Shown one piece after another: positions 24,188 to 36,496 of a stretch of 64,000 nucleotides of DNA (its first letter is position 1; each line of letters begins with the position of its first letter). The stretch lies in NCBI GenBank assembly GCA_965112735.1, contig OZ218954.1, forward strand, positions 1,240,001-1,304,000, read 5' to 3'. Source of the stretch: Phaeosaccion multiseriatum (Eukaryota; Protista; Ochrophyta, other classes). Both the position numbers and the translations under genes were made by a program. The notes beneath the pieces are model-generated. The model worked only from the letters and a program-made list of their open reading frames with translations. It was not told the DNA's origin and did no database searches.

Positions 24188-27153
24188 TTCTTCGCGCCAG
24201 CAGTGATGGGTCTATTCCCGCCACGCCGCGGCCCCAGAGCCTCAGTCGATCCACCAGCGCTGGAGACCCCTGCCGGAGCAGAACAGACAGCAGCGGCAGC
24301 AGCAGCAGCAGCAATGGTGGAGGTGCCCCTAGTACCACCACAGGAGGGGCTTTGGCCTCGCCCTTCTCTTTCACTCCACCTCGCCCTCGGCCCTTGAGCC
24401 TGGGGCGTCGAAGCAGTGTCGGGAGCGGCGTCGAGGGAAGCAGCGGTAGCGGCAGGATCATTGCTCGCCGTCGCAGCAGTCTAGGCTCGGCGGGTATCGA
24501 CCTCAGTGACATCAGCAGCAGCATCAGCATCAGTCGTAGCAGCAACAGCAGCAACAGCAGCAACAGCAGCGGAGCAGCTCCTTCTCCTCCTTCTCCTCGA
24601 CGCAACAGTCTCGACCGCTTCATCCCCTCCAGGGATGGTTTGGACGATGCACAAGCCTCCTTCTTACAGGACCAGCGAGTCGCCAGGGTGGCAGCAGCAG
24701 GAAGGAAGGAGAACAACCAACACGCACATCCACACGCGCACGCACACGCACACACCGGGGGAGTGGACGGACCCGGGGGGGCGCGTGGAGGTGGAGGCAA
24801 CGGGGATAGCATTGGAATGGTGGCCTCGCATGGGGCGAGAGGGGCTGCAGGGGCAGCGGGAGGGGGAAGGGGCGGAGAGAGCGGGGTCGCAGCGGAGCGA
24901 CAACGGCGAAACAGCGCACCCCCTTCTCTGCTGCAGGAGCACGCCATTGCCCTAAGTGAGGGGCTTGAGCTCCAGCTGGCACCCCACCTCGCCGCTCCCT
25001 CCTCCTCCTCCTCCTCCTCCTCCTCCTCCTCCTCTGTGTCATCGTCCCCGGCAGGCGTCCCTTCCACTGCCATTCGATCGTCCCCTGCAGCGGCACACGG
25101 GCACAGTACACGCCAAGGCAGCGGAGGAGGAGGAGGAGGAGGCGGAGGAGGAACAGCGGCCAACCAGCGCCAACAGCAGAATCAGGACCGTCACCCCTCG
25201 CACTCCTCCCCGCGTGTGTTGGCTTTCCGACCCCGGGTGGGCCCCGAGCCGTTGCTTGGCCATACCGACGATTTGAAGGTCTTGTACAAGAGCCCCTCCT
25301 CCTCCTTCCTTGCCTCCTCGGCCTTCGGGGGCTGCCTGCACAGCTACGCGCGCAGTCGGGCCATCGGTACGTACACACAAGCTCTTCATGCCTCATCGTA
25401 CGTACGTATACCTAACCTTACATCTTACTCATGTAACAGTACTCCTCAGGGTCTTGATTTCATCTTGTGCAATCTCTCAAGTCATGCTTCCCTCAATCTT
25501 ATGTCATCCTACGTATGTATCATATATGTACGCCCTGACTGCTGCACCCACCCCCACAGCCTCGTCCCCCACCCAAATCCTGGACGCGCCGGACCTGCTC
25601 GACGACTTTTATCTCAACCTCATGAGCTGGGGAGACCACAACATCATCGCCGTCGCACTCAACCAGACGGTAAGCTTAGGTGTAACCATTACTTCTCTCT
25701 CTACCTCTCCCTCTCCCTTTCTCTGTCTCCCTGTCTCTATCTCTTTGTCTCTTCATCTCCTTCTCCCTCCCTCCCTCTCTCTCTCTCTCTCTCTCTCCGT
25801 CTCTCTCTGTATCTCTTCTTCCCCTGTCTCTCGCTCTCTCTCTCTTGTCGCTCTGAATTCGACCGAAGCCCCCCCAAAACCCCAACCCTCCCTCACCCTC
25901 ACCCTCACCCTCACCCTCAGGTTTACCTGTGGAACGCAGCAAGCGGAGACATTACCGAACTCACAAATGTCGGCCAACCTTCTCCTCCGGGCCAAGAGGG
26001 GGACGAGGGGGGCAGCTCTGAGGCCAATGCCAATGACTATGTCTCTTCGCTCAAGTGGATCGAGAACGCCGGTGGTAAAGGTGGGAGTGTGCTTGCTGTG
26101 GGGCTGGCCTCCTCCAGGACACAGCTGTGGGACTGCGACGCGGAAAAGCGGGTGAGTGCAGGGGTGGGGGAGGAGGGGGGGAAGCAGGGAGGGAGGCAGG
26201 CAGGCAGGGAGGGAGGGAGGCAGGCCAGGGAGGGGGGGAAGGAGAGAGGAGGGGACGATGGAGGGAGAGAGAAAAAGGGGGATTGCGAGGCAGAGAAGTG
26301 GGTAAGGAAGAGCATGGAAGAGGCAAGTGACGCGCGTAGGCACAGCAGTTGGTGATACAGCCGGACGTACGAACGAGTATGTAACTCACCCTTCCCTCCC
26401 TCCCCTCCCCTCCCCTTCCAGATTCGCACCCTGGACGGGCACACCGACCGCGTGTCTTCACTCTCCTGGAACGGCCCTGTCCTAAGCACAGGCTCGAGAG
26501 ACGGACACATTGTAAACCACGACGTACGCAGTCGCCAGCACAACGTCGCCACGTTGGCTGGACATACACAGGAGGTGAGGGAGGGAGGGAGGGAGGGAGG
26601 GAGGGAGGGAGGAAGGAAGGAAGGAAGGACGGAAGGAAGGAAGGAAGGAAGGAAGGGAGGGAGGGGAGGGAAGGAGGGAAGGCGAAGAGAGACTTCCTTG
26701 CACCTTTGAGAGAAGCGTCATGAAAGCATATGCTCACGCCCGCCCGCATGCACGCACCACACACCCACTTCTCTCTTCTCTCTCTCTCTCTCTCGGCGCT
26801 CTCTCTTCTTTTCTTTCTCTCCCCCATCCTCCCTCCGTCCGTCCGTCCCTCCCTCCCCCATCCACTGCCATCTACCCTCCCATCCCCCCCCCCCCCCATA
26901 GGTCTGCGGCCTGGCCTGGTCTCCCGACGGATGCACTCTCGCCAGCGGAGGCAATGACAACATCGTCAACATTTGGGACGGGGGCCGCAGCGGCAGCAGC
27001 AGGGGCGGAGGGGGGCAGCTTGGAGGGCAGCAGAGACCCAAGTTCACCCTAACAGACCACTCCGCGGCGGTGAAGGCCCTCGCGTGGTGTCCCTTTCAGA
27101 GGGGGACTCTGGCGACCGGAGGAGGTGGGTAGAGAGAGAGAGAGAGAGAGAGA

Positions 27154-27204
<51 letters not shown>

Positions 27205-27528
27205 CGAAGAGGGAGCGAGAGGAGGGAGAGAGGGGGAGGGGGGGGGAGGAGCAGAGACGGAGAGAGAAGAGAAGAAAGATACTGAGAAGGAGAGGTAGAG
27301 ATAGTAAGAGGATAAGGGGAGAGAGAGAGGGACATACAGGCAGAGCAGGACTGAGTGTGAACTGCACTGAGCTGGGTGCTCGTCGTTGACTTATGTGATG
27401 CCCGTGCCGCCCTTCACTGACTTGCTGTGCTTCCTCAGGCACCGCTGACCGCTGCATCAAGTTCTGGAACGCGTCAAGCGGCTCTCTCATCCGCAGTCTC
27501 GACACAGAGAGCCAGGTACGTGATCTTA

Positions 27529-27585
<57 letters not shown>

Positions 27586-27843
27586 CGATACAGAGAGCCA
27601 GGTATGTAGTCTCATGTGTGTGTGTGCGTGTGTACGCGCTGTGTTTGTGTGTGCGTAGTATGACATGCTCCACACCCACACACCCCAACCCCCCGCCCAT
27701 CTGTATCACCAACAGGTGTGCTCGCTCCTGTGGTCTTCCGAGGAGAGGGAGATTGTGTCCTCCCACGGCTTTTCTCAGAACCAGCTGTGCGTGTGGAGCT
27801 ATCCCTCCATGGCCAAAATCAAGTCCTTGCAGGTATGTAATCT

Positions 27844-27875
<32 letters not shown>

Positions 27876-28237
27876 CGTATGTGCTCGTATTCTCTTCAAC
27901 ACCAGGAGGGAGCACAAGAAATTGAAGCGAAAAGACTTGTGTGTGAAGCAAATCCACTTATCCAAGCAATCCAGTGAATGTCAATTCGCTCTCTCTGTCT
28001 CTCCCCCCCTCTCTCTCTCCCCTCACCTCCCGCCCTCCTCTCTCTTTCTTTCTTGCACATACGTATGACTATCCGACGCCATACGTAAGGGCCACACATC
28101 CCGTGTGCTGCACACTGCTCTGAGCCCCGACGGCAGGACCGTTGTCTCTGCAGCCGGGGATGAGACGTTACGCTTCTGGAAAATCTTTGGAGGTGAGAGA
28201 CAGAGGGAGAGGGGGAGAGGGAGAGAGAGAGAGGGGG

Positions 28238-28271
<34 letters not shown>

Positions 28272-28574
28272 GTTTGAGCTGAAGTGAGAGAGATGGAGTT
28301 TGGAGGTGGAGACAGACAGGTTGGTGTTTGAGGCAGTGCGATACGTTCGAGTGCTGTGTGCGTGCGTGTGGGTGGGTAGGGGCAAGCTGGAGGTCCGGTG
28401 AAGCTGAACTGAAAACTACAAACTCAAGCTGCATTGTATTGTGTGTGTGTGCATGTGTGCGTGTGTGCGTGTGTGTGTGTCCATTGTCTTTACGCAGGCA
28501 AGGAGAAGCGAGGAAAGAGCGTCCACCCCGGGGCACCTCTCTCCTGCGGAGCATCGCTCATGAGCGTCCGATGA
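23773..28574 (+). CDS. CDC20: CDC20/Fizzy WD40 activator of the APC/C
   Basis: Exons 23773-25366, 25560-25669, 25921-26151, 26422-26574, 26902-27124, 27439-27515, 27716-27832, 28090-28192, 28498-28574. C-box DRFIPSR, KEN box, Mad2-binding-like [65 protein letters not shown]-terminal VR. Confidence 0.93.
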
Positions 28575-28584
28575 ACGACAGCAG

Positions 28585-28665
28585 CAGTTGGTGATACAGC
28601 AGCAGCAGGTAGCGACACAGCAGCAGTTGGTGATACATCAGGAGCAGCCGCAGTTGGTGATGCAG
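28585..28665 (+). repeat. Cluster of CAGTTGGTGATACAG motif copies interleaved with CAG repeats, just after the CDC20 stop codon
   Basis: Copies at 28585 (exact), 28606 (4 mismatches), 28624 and 28651 (1 mismatch each). Confidence 0.85.
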
Positions 28666-30957
28666 CAAGTCGTTGGTGGCTTCGCGTACCCCCTGGGCGG
28701 GGAGGGGCAGGGCAAGGCAGGAGGGCACAGAGCAAAGTGAAGTGATGTTGGAACAGTGCAGGGGGAATGGGTTGGTCGCGAACGAAGATTCCCGACAGCA
28801 GCCGCAGATGGTGATAAAAGACGCAGCAGGAGCAGCAGCAGCAGCAGCAGCAGCACTGCCTTACGAGAGAGGGGCACCAGCAACAGTATTGTCCTGTCTG
28901 TCTGTCTGTGCGGGGTGCAGCCATCAGCTCGACGGACGCTGTCCCTCCTCCAAGACTTGGCGCCCGGATGCGAGCGGGGAGAGGGGAGAGGGGTGGTGGG
29001 TATGGATGTGTTCATGTGGTGTGCTTTCTACCCTATACCTATCGGCCCACACGCACACAGCTCTCACAGCCCACAGCTCACATGTCGTCGGGTTTTCGCC
29101 ATCTGTGAGTATTTTGAGTGGACTCAACTCTCTCGCTCGAGACCCGTCGTGCCAGCGAATGGATGGAAAAGCCTCTCCTCTTGTGTTGCTCACTTGCTGC
29201 ACAAGAGAGAACCGAGCGAGATGGAGAGGTTTGAGATGGACATATCGACATCGACATTTGAAATCGGTTTGCATCGACATGCTCGCAGCACCCGCCACCC
29301 AGTCGTCCGGTAAGGTAAGCGAAACATTGCCGAAGCACAAGAGAAAGACGACGCATTTTGCGCAGCAAACTCAAACACGCCTCGGTGCTCCCTCCCCTCC
29401 CTCCCCTCCCTTCCCTTCTCTCCCTTCGTTCCTCCGTCCCTTCGCCCCTTGTCATGTTATCACGTAATCATGCGGTGTATGGTATGCCGGGCGCCATGTG
29501 TGTGTGAGAGAGAGTGCGTAGAGCTCAAGCTCAAATCATTAGTCGATGAGCCGAGGAGAAAGGAGAAAGGAGGGGTCAAACCATTTGTCGATGAGCCGAG
29601 GAGGAAGGAGGAGGCCTAAGAACACGCGGACACTCACACACTCTCTCTCTCACGCACACACACAGAGGGAGAAAGAGAGGAGAGAGACCCAAAGAGAGAG
29701 GGAGAGGGGGGAGGAGAAAGAGGGAGAGCGCGAAAGAGAGAAAGAGAGAGGAGGGATTTATATACGCAAGTACTCGGCCCCGGCCAGCTTTCTTAGGCTC
29801 GCCGGCCATATGCTGGAAACCGATATCGTGGTCGAGTTTCGCCTCGACTTTCGTGTCTCGAGGTCGATTCTCTGTGAAAGTCCACCTCGACATTGTCTGG
29901 AACCCCCCGTGACTTTTGCTGGAAACTGGCGACTGACGCCGGCCATCAGCAGAAAAGAAATATAGGAACCTGCTGTCGGGGGCGAAGGTGTTTTAACTAA
30001 TCAATTTCTTAATTAATTAATTAATAAAAAAATAGTAGCTGAGATATGGCTATGCTATTTATTGCGCCTATCTGTGCCCACATAATTTATCGTATGATAC
30101 AAGAGCGGAGGATGGAAAAAGAAGAAAAAAACTCCGCCAACAACAAGCTACATGGAGAACAACATTGGCATCGACATCCGTCGTCAACACACGTGCGCGG
30201 TTCTCCTGTTGCATACCGTTGGTTGTGTTGTATCATTGAAGCAACAACTCAAGCGAAGCTCATTTCATGGGGGCGAAGACTTCCGTCCTGCTGCCCTCCC
30301 GGACAAAGAGAGTGGATAGGAGTTTGAAAGATCAGCAGTCGTGACACGTTGGTGGTTTAAGCCGTGTGCCCCATCGCCCATCTGTGAACAGCCCCCCTCC
30401 TCTTATTCCCCGAGCCAGCACAGGACAACCTCATGCCATGCCAGTTCCCCCCCCGACTCATACAGTATGACTTGCTCCTCTGCTTCGCTTCCCTTCCTCC
30501 TTGATTGGTGGCCAGTGCGGGGGTGAGTGCCTGCCCCTCCTTGCGTCACAGCAAACGCCCATCTCCCCGGAACAAATCATCATGTCGAAGTCCGAGACTG
30601 AGCCACACCTCTCTCTCTCTCCCTCTTTCTCTCTCTCTCTCTCCACTCTGCCTTACCTCCCCGCGCTGGCGTCGTGATGAAAAGCTCATCCGCCCCCGCC
30701 CCCTCTCCCTCCCTCCCCCTCACTCTCCTGCCCACCAACACCAATGATAATAAATACACTCAATATCCTCCTTCCCCACTTGATTGCTTGCGGCAACTCA
30801 CCTCTCAACCCCCCAATATCCTCCTCCTCCCCTCTCCTCCTCCCCTCTCCTCCTCCCCCCCGAGCCTGCTGCCCCGCCCGATGCTGGCGCTGACTGGCTG
30901 CTAGACGTTGCTGAATGGAGGTCCATCCAGTGCCATCTGTCACTGCCCACACCTGCT

Positions 30958-32432
30958 TCAGCCATAGCAGCGGATGGTTTCCTGAGCGGCCTTCCTCGCA
31001 TCTTGACCGCCCTTCTGCAGGTATTGCTGGTGGTACTCTTCAGCCACGTAGAACTAGAGGACGAGGAGGAGGAGGAGGAGGAGGAGGAGGAGGAGGAGGA
31101 GGAGGAGGAGGAGGAGGAGGAGGAGGAGGAGAATGAGGGGGGGGGGGAGGATGGGGGGGTTAGGGGGAGGAAGAGGAGGAGAGCGCGTGTGTACGTGAGT
31201 GTGTGTGTCGGGGGGCTGTGAGGGAAGGCGTGTGTGTGTACCTTTCGAGCCTTGTTGACTTCGGTGGCCAAGGGTCTTTTGTACTTCGAGCTTTCCCTCC
31301 GCATGGACTCCTGTGTGTATGCAACACAGAAAGCAAGGAGAGAGGAAAGATGGCAGTGAAAGGCAAAGTCAGGCGGCCGAAGGATGATGGTGCCGGTATA
31401 TCCGAGTGCTTGTGAGCGAATGGGCGTAGGAGGAGTATCCATTTGCCTACCCTCGCCTCCTCTCCATTCCCCTTCCCACCACACACTCACACACACACAG
31501 AGAGAGAGAGAGAGTCACGCACGCACACGTATCCATCAAGCAACCAAGCAACCATCCAACCAACCAACCAACCAACCAAGCAACCAACCAAGCAACCATC
31601 CAACCAACCAACCAACCAACCATCCAACCAACCAACCATCCAACCTACCAAGCAACCAACCAACCTGTATGATTTCCCTCTGCTCCGGCAGGTGAAAGTA
31701 AATCCCTCCGCGGTACTGAGTTCCCACATCGCCACCCTGCCTGTCCTTCTGCGTCGGGTCATGCCTATCCCAGAAGACCCTGAGCAGCCGCTCCAGGGGG
31801 GCGCTCGTCTTGTCAAAAGTCACTTGCACCGCCTCTACATGACCGCTCTGCCCTTCGCACACCTCGCTGTAGGAGGGGTTGGCAGTGGCGCCCTGTGTGT
31901 AGCCCACCTGGAGAGGGGAGAGCATGATGGAGGCATGTGGGGAGGAGGAGGCATATGGGCAAGGGAGAAGTGAGATTCAGGCATGTGGGGAGGGAGAAGG
32001 AGGGCGTTGTTCACACATACGGGGAAGAGAAAGCAGGACACATGGCCTTTGTACGTTGTGTGTGCGTGTGTGTGTATGTGTATGTGTGTTGCTTACCTTT
32101 GTCCCCAGCACGCCAGGTTCCCGCTGGAAAGCAAGCTCAAGCCCCTGCTCCACGCACACGCACACACACACACACGCACACACACAAAGGACACACACAC
32201 ACACACACACGCACACACACACGCACACACACACGCACACACACACACACACAGAGTAGAAGAGCAGGACAAAGCAAACAGTGGAAGGAAATATATGATA
32301 GAAGCCCGAGGAAAGAGTGTGAGGAAATATACGATGGCTAATTCCGAAGCGCTGCGATCATGTGGGGGAGAGAAAGAGAGTGAAACGGAGAGAGGGAAAG
32401 AGAGTGAAGCAGAGATGAAAAAGAGAGTGAAA

Positions 32433-32474
<42 letters not shown>

Positions 32475-34287
32475 GATAGAGAGTGAGTGAGTGACAGAGT
32501 ATGCCTTACCCAGAAGCACCCTGCGGCGAACTCGCACGTCTGGAACCTGCCCTCCTCAGCAGTTGGTGATACAGCGTCCGTGAGTGAAACGTCAAAGAGG
32601 AGGGTCTTGCCCGCGTCGATAGGGTTGGCGTCGATGGTGAATGTGTTGTTATCCACATCCGTCACGAGTACCTTTTGACCCGTCCACAGGCGGAGCTTTG
32701 AGTTGGGGAGGAGGAGGAGGAGGAGGAGGAGGAGGAGGAGGAGGAGGAGGGGGGGGGGCTGAGAAGGGGGGGAGAGGTGTATGGAAACTGAAAGAGGTAG
32801 GAGGATGACGGGGCCGGGGTGGCGAGGAGGGAGGGTGCCAGAGAAAGAGAGAGTCCCCCAACCAACAAAATGACCAACCAATCACCCACCCACCCATCCA
32901 ACCAACCAACCAACCACCCAACCACCCAACCACCCAACCACCCAACCAACCAACCACCAACCACTCAAACAACCAGCTAACCAGCCAACCAATCACCCAA
33001 ATCACTCGTTGTCAGCCTCTCTGATTCCCACCATCATGCCCTCGTGTAAGTCCTCCGGCCCTTGTCCGAGAGGCAGACGGTTCACAAGCTCTTCGCTGTA
33101 ACTGCCAAACGGGTCCTCCAGCCTCAGCGAGCGGTTCTCGCCCACCTCCATTTCTCGTAGCGCCTCTTGGAGGGCGGGGAGGTAGGTGGAGCCACCCACG
33201 GTCTGGCGGAGGTCCTCGCCCTGAGGAGGGGAAGGAGGAGGAGGAGGAGGAGGAGGAGGAGGAGGAGGAGGAGGAGGAGGAGGAGGGGGGGGGGGAAGGA
33301 GGGCGTGTAAGATTATCATTCTGCGAAGGGCAGAGCACATGACACACAATAAACGAACGGGCCCACTTGTATCACTGTCTCCTCTCCTCCCCTCCCCTCC
33401 CCCCCTCCCCCCCTCCTCCCTCTGCCTCTCCCCTCTCCGCTCCGCTCCCCTCCCCTCCCCTTCCCTTCCCTTGCCTCCCTCTTCTCCCCTCCCCTCCCCT
33501 CCCCTCCCCTCCGCCTCGTCACTCACCTGGTCAAACAGGCCCTCGTAGGCCTCTCCTGTGTCTTCATCCCTGACCGAGAGACTGTAGGTAAGCACGTCCC
33601 CCTCTCGGTGGAGGTGTTGGTGGTGTAGAGGGGTCATGGCCATGCGTGGCGTCATCAGCAAGCGACGCTGCTCCTGCTGCGGTGCCACCAACTTGTGCTT
33701 CTGCTTCTGCTGCTCCTGCTGATGATGATGATGATGATGATACTGGTTAGACAGAGACGTTTGGGCGTACTTGAGTGTATGTACCTGGTGGAGGTGATAC
33801 CCCTGTGGTGAGTAGAGAGAGAAGGGGGGCGGGGGGGTTCATCAGGACCGAGGAAAGCCCAAGACCACAGGGAACGTATGTAGGGAGCAAATCGATCCCA
33901 ATCGCATCTCAGCTGTGCGAGGGACGAGGAAATCATATATGTCTGTGTCATCAGCGCCCTTCGACGCAGAGGGACAGGGAGGACGAGCCAACGGTTGCTG
34001 CATTTGCCCCCGCCTGGTTCTTGGCCCCTTCCCCGGAGAGTTAGAGAGGGCGAAAGGCACTTTACTTCTGTCGAAGACACTCGTGAATCACAACTCACCC
34101 TCGCATGCCCGCCACCGCCATTGCCAAGGCCAAGCCTTCCTCCTCCCCCCCCTCCCCCTCCTCCTCCTCCTACCCCCCCTCCTCCTGCTGCCGAAGCCGC
34201 TCCAGCTGCCCGCACAAACGCCGCCGCGGCAGAGCCACTCCGGCTCGACGCAGCCACAGCCGCCAACCGAAAGAGCTTGGAAGCCAT
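30958..34287 (-). CDS. msrA: SlyD-like FKBP peptidyl-prolyl isomerase fused to peptide methionine sulfoxide reductase A, probably organelle-targeted
   Basis: Exon 1 34287-34099, then exon 2 starting at 33742 (YHHHHHH...EGDVLTYSL). FKBP/IF-domain motifs [15 protein letters not shown] and [16 protein letters not shown]. MsrA motifs [49 protein letters not shown] and [19 protein letters not shown]. All introns are GT-AG. Confidence 0.9.
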
Positions 34288-36190
34288 CCCTCCACCGCTG
34301 CCTCTCCAGCCTATCTCAGCCTATCGCTGTTGCCCGTGAGGGTTCCCGAACACAAAAAAAAAGTTATCTGCGGTGCCGGTCTTTCGCGGCCCCTCCTCCC
34401 TCTCCCCTTTTTCTGTCGCCCGCCCCATGCAACCCCATTCACAGCCCACGTATCATTCCCTCCTCTTCATGGCTCTCTGTGTGCTGCCCTTTCTTTGGAC
34501 ATACTTTTCAACATTTTTTCTTTTCGCCTCGGTCAAAACAACTTCTGTCTCTCAAGTTGATGTCCATTGTTTAGGCTTGGGGCAGAAATCGAGAGGGGGG
34601 ATACTTTATTGACTTAATAGGAATCACCTAAGAGAAAGCGAGAAGTCCTACCTCGCGACCGTACCCTCATAATAAGCTGCCTGCCTTCCCCCTACTGCGG
34701 TGTGGCTGCTCATCTCCCGCCTCCTCCCTCTCCTCTCTTATTCTTGCTCTTCTTCTTTCCACCCCAGCAGCAAACAAGTTCACTCACTCACTGCTTTGAA
34801 CATCACGATCTTCATCTTCGTCCCTCCTCCCCTCCTCCTTCTGGCATGTACTCATCCTCCTCCTCCTGCCGACACGCCCACTCCCAGGCACACCGTACGT
34901 AAGGTCATGGTCCATCCATCCCAGACCCCGAACACCACAAACACGCACAAGACCCAAGACCAACAAGGGCCAAGAGGGTAAATTATATATCCGAGAGAGT
35001 ATCCCCAAACAGAGTGTTTCGCACAGAGTGTGTGAACTGTCTGTCTGGCTGGACACAGGGGGCGAAAGATGCCTTTCACTTTCCCCCCTCTACACATACA
35101 GCACTGGAAATCCCATCCCACGCACAGCCATTTGGCCGTTTCGACGATAGGCCCATGGGATCGATCGACGGAACTGACCACACGGGCATTGCATCAACTT
35201 CCTTCGACGGGGCAGGGCACTGTAGCGAAAGAAAGTGCCGCTCCTCTATCCCTCCCTCCGTGGCGCTGCTTCTCGCTCCTCCACCCCCATCCACCCATGA
35301 AGCCAACCAGCCAGCCAACCAGCCAGCCAACCAGCCAGCCACATACAAAGAGCCAAGCAGGGCCGCGGAAGGGAGGAGAAGCGAGGCCCAGCCACCACAG
35401 AAAGGCGCCTCAGTTGGCGCTGCAGATGTTTTGGATGCGCTCGTCGCCCTGCATGCAGGCTGGAGAGTACGGGCATCCCAAAAGCTCTCCTCCCCGCCCC
35501 AATGAGTGAGTGCACCGACATTCGCCGCCGCTCACGCACCCACGGCCAAGCAGCCGCCGCCTGCTGCCTCCCTCCCTCCCTCCCTCCCTCCTGCATTTGT
35601 GTGTGCTTCTGCTGCGGTTTCCCTGCCTTGCTGTAGTGTGCCTCTACTGTAATCGTTGGGGATGAGCTCTTATAAAGAAGCAGAGCGACAGAGGAGCGCG
35701 CGAGAGAGAGAGAGAGAGAGAGCGCGCCAAGGCCAGGTCCCTGTGTTGCTTTGCCCTTCTCCAATCCCCCCCCGCCCCATGGGGAAACAAGGCCAACCAA
35801 CCGTGGTCGCGCCTTCGGTCGGCTGATACACGAGCAATTGCACCACACCAGCAGGAGTCCATCTCTGCGGCGGGCGGGCGAAATAGCCCAGCAGAGAGGG
35901 GGTGTGCTGCCGTCTGCCATCTGCTGGCCATCTGCTGAGGCTGAAGCCGCAACTTTAGGGCCTCACATCAACTCCTCTTCAACTCTTCGCAGCCCAGGAA
36001 GGTTCCACCCATCGCAGCCAAAAGGTGGGTAGGGTGTGTGGGTGGGCGGACTTGAAGGAAACAAACGCAGCCCACCCTCTGTAGACTGGGGTATCTGCAC
36101 CCGTTCGACGAGGTCGCTGCCACCTGTAGTGATACGGACCACCACTCACAGGTGGCAATAGATGGGGCACACGGCCCTTTCCGAGACCTC

Positions 36191-36446
36191 TCACGCCCTT
36201 CCCAGGGGTGTGGTCACTGCCGTTGCCACCCCTCCTCCTGCTCCAGCTGCTCCTGCCGCTGCTGCTGTTGCTCCCCCCCCTCCTCCCCGCCGTAGGCTGA
36301 GCAGGACCTGGATACCCTCGTCAAGGCCTTTGCCGCTCAGGGCACAGCATTCCTGAATATGCATGCGTGGGTGCGAGTATCCAAGGCAAACAAACCGTGA
36401 CAACGACGACAACAACAACAACAACAACAACAACAACAGCAACCGC

Positions 36447-36496
<50 letters not shown>

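Noticed and set aside
23571-25163. 530-aa minus-strand ORF
   Set aside because: It is the antisense shadow of the Ser-rich CDC20 exon 1.
28585-28665. CRISPR-like repeat-spacer array
   Set aside because: The context is eukaryotic, repeats are only 15 bp, spacers are 3-12 bp of CAG, and there are no cas genes.
28673-30330. ORFs downstream of CDC20, a 17-bp direct repeat (gtcgatgagccgaggag at about 29542 and 29587) and an AT-rich patch near 30005-30035
   Set aside because: There is no protein family signature, terminal inverted repeat or transposase, so support for a gene or mobile element is insufficient.
34373-36145. Several short ORFs between the msrA fusion and the Arf gene
   Set aside because: No recognisable motifs or coherent splice structure; probably UTR or intergenic DNA.
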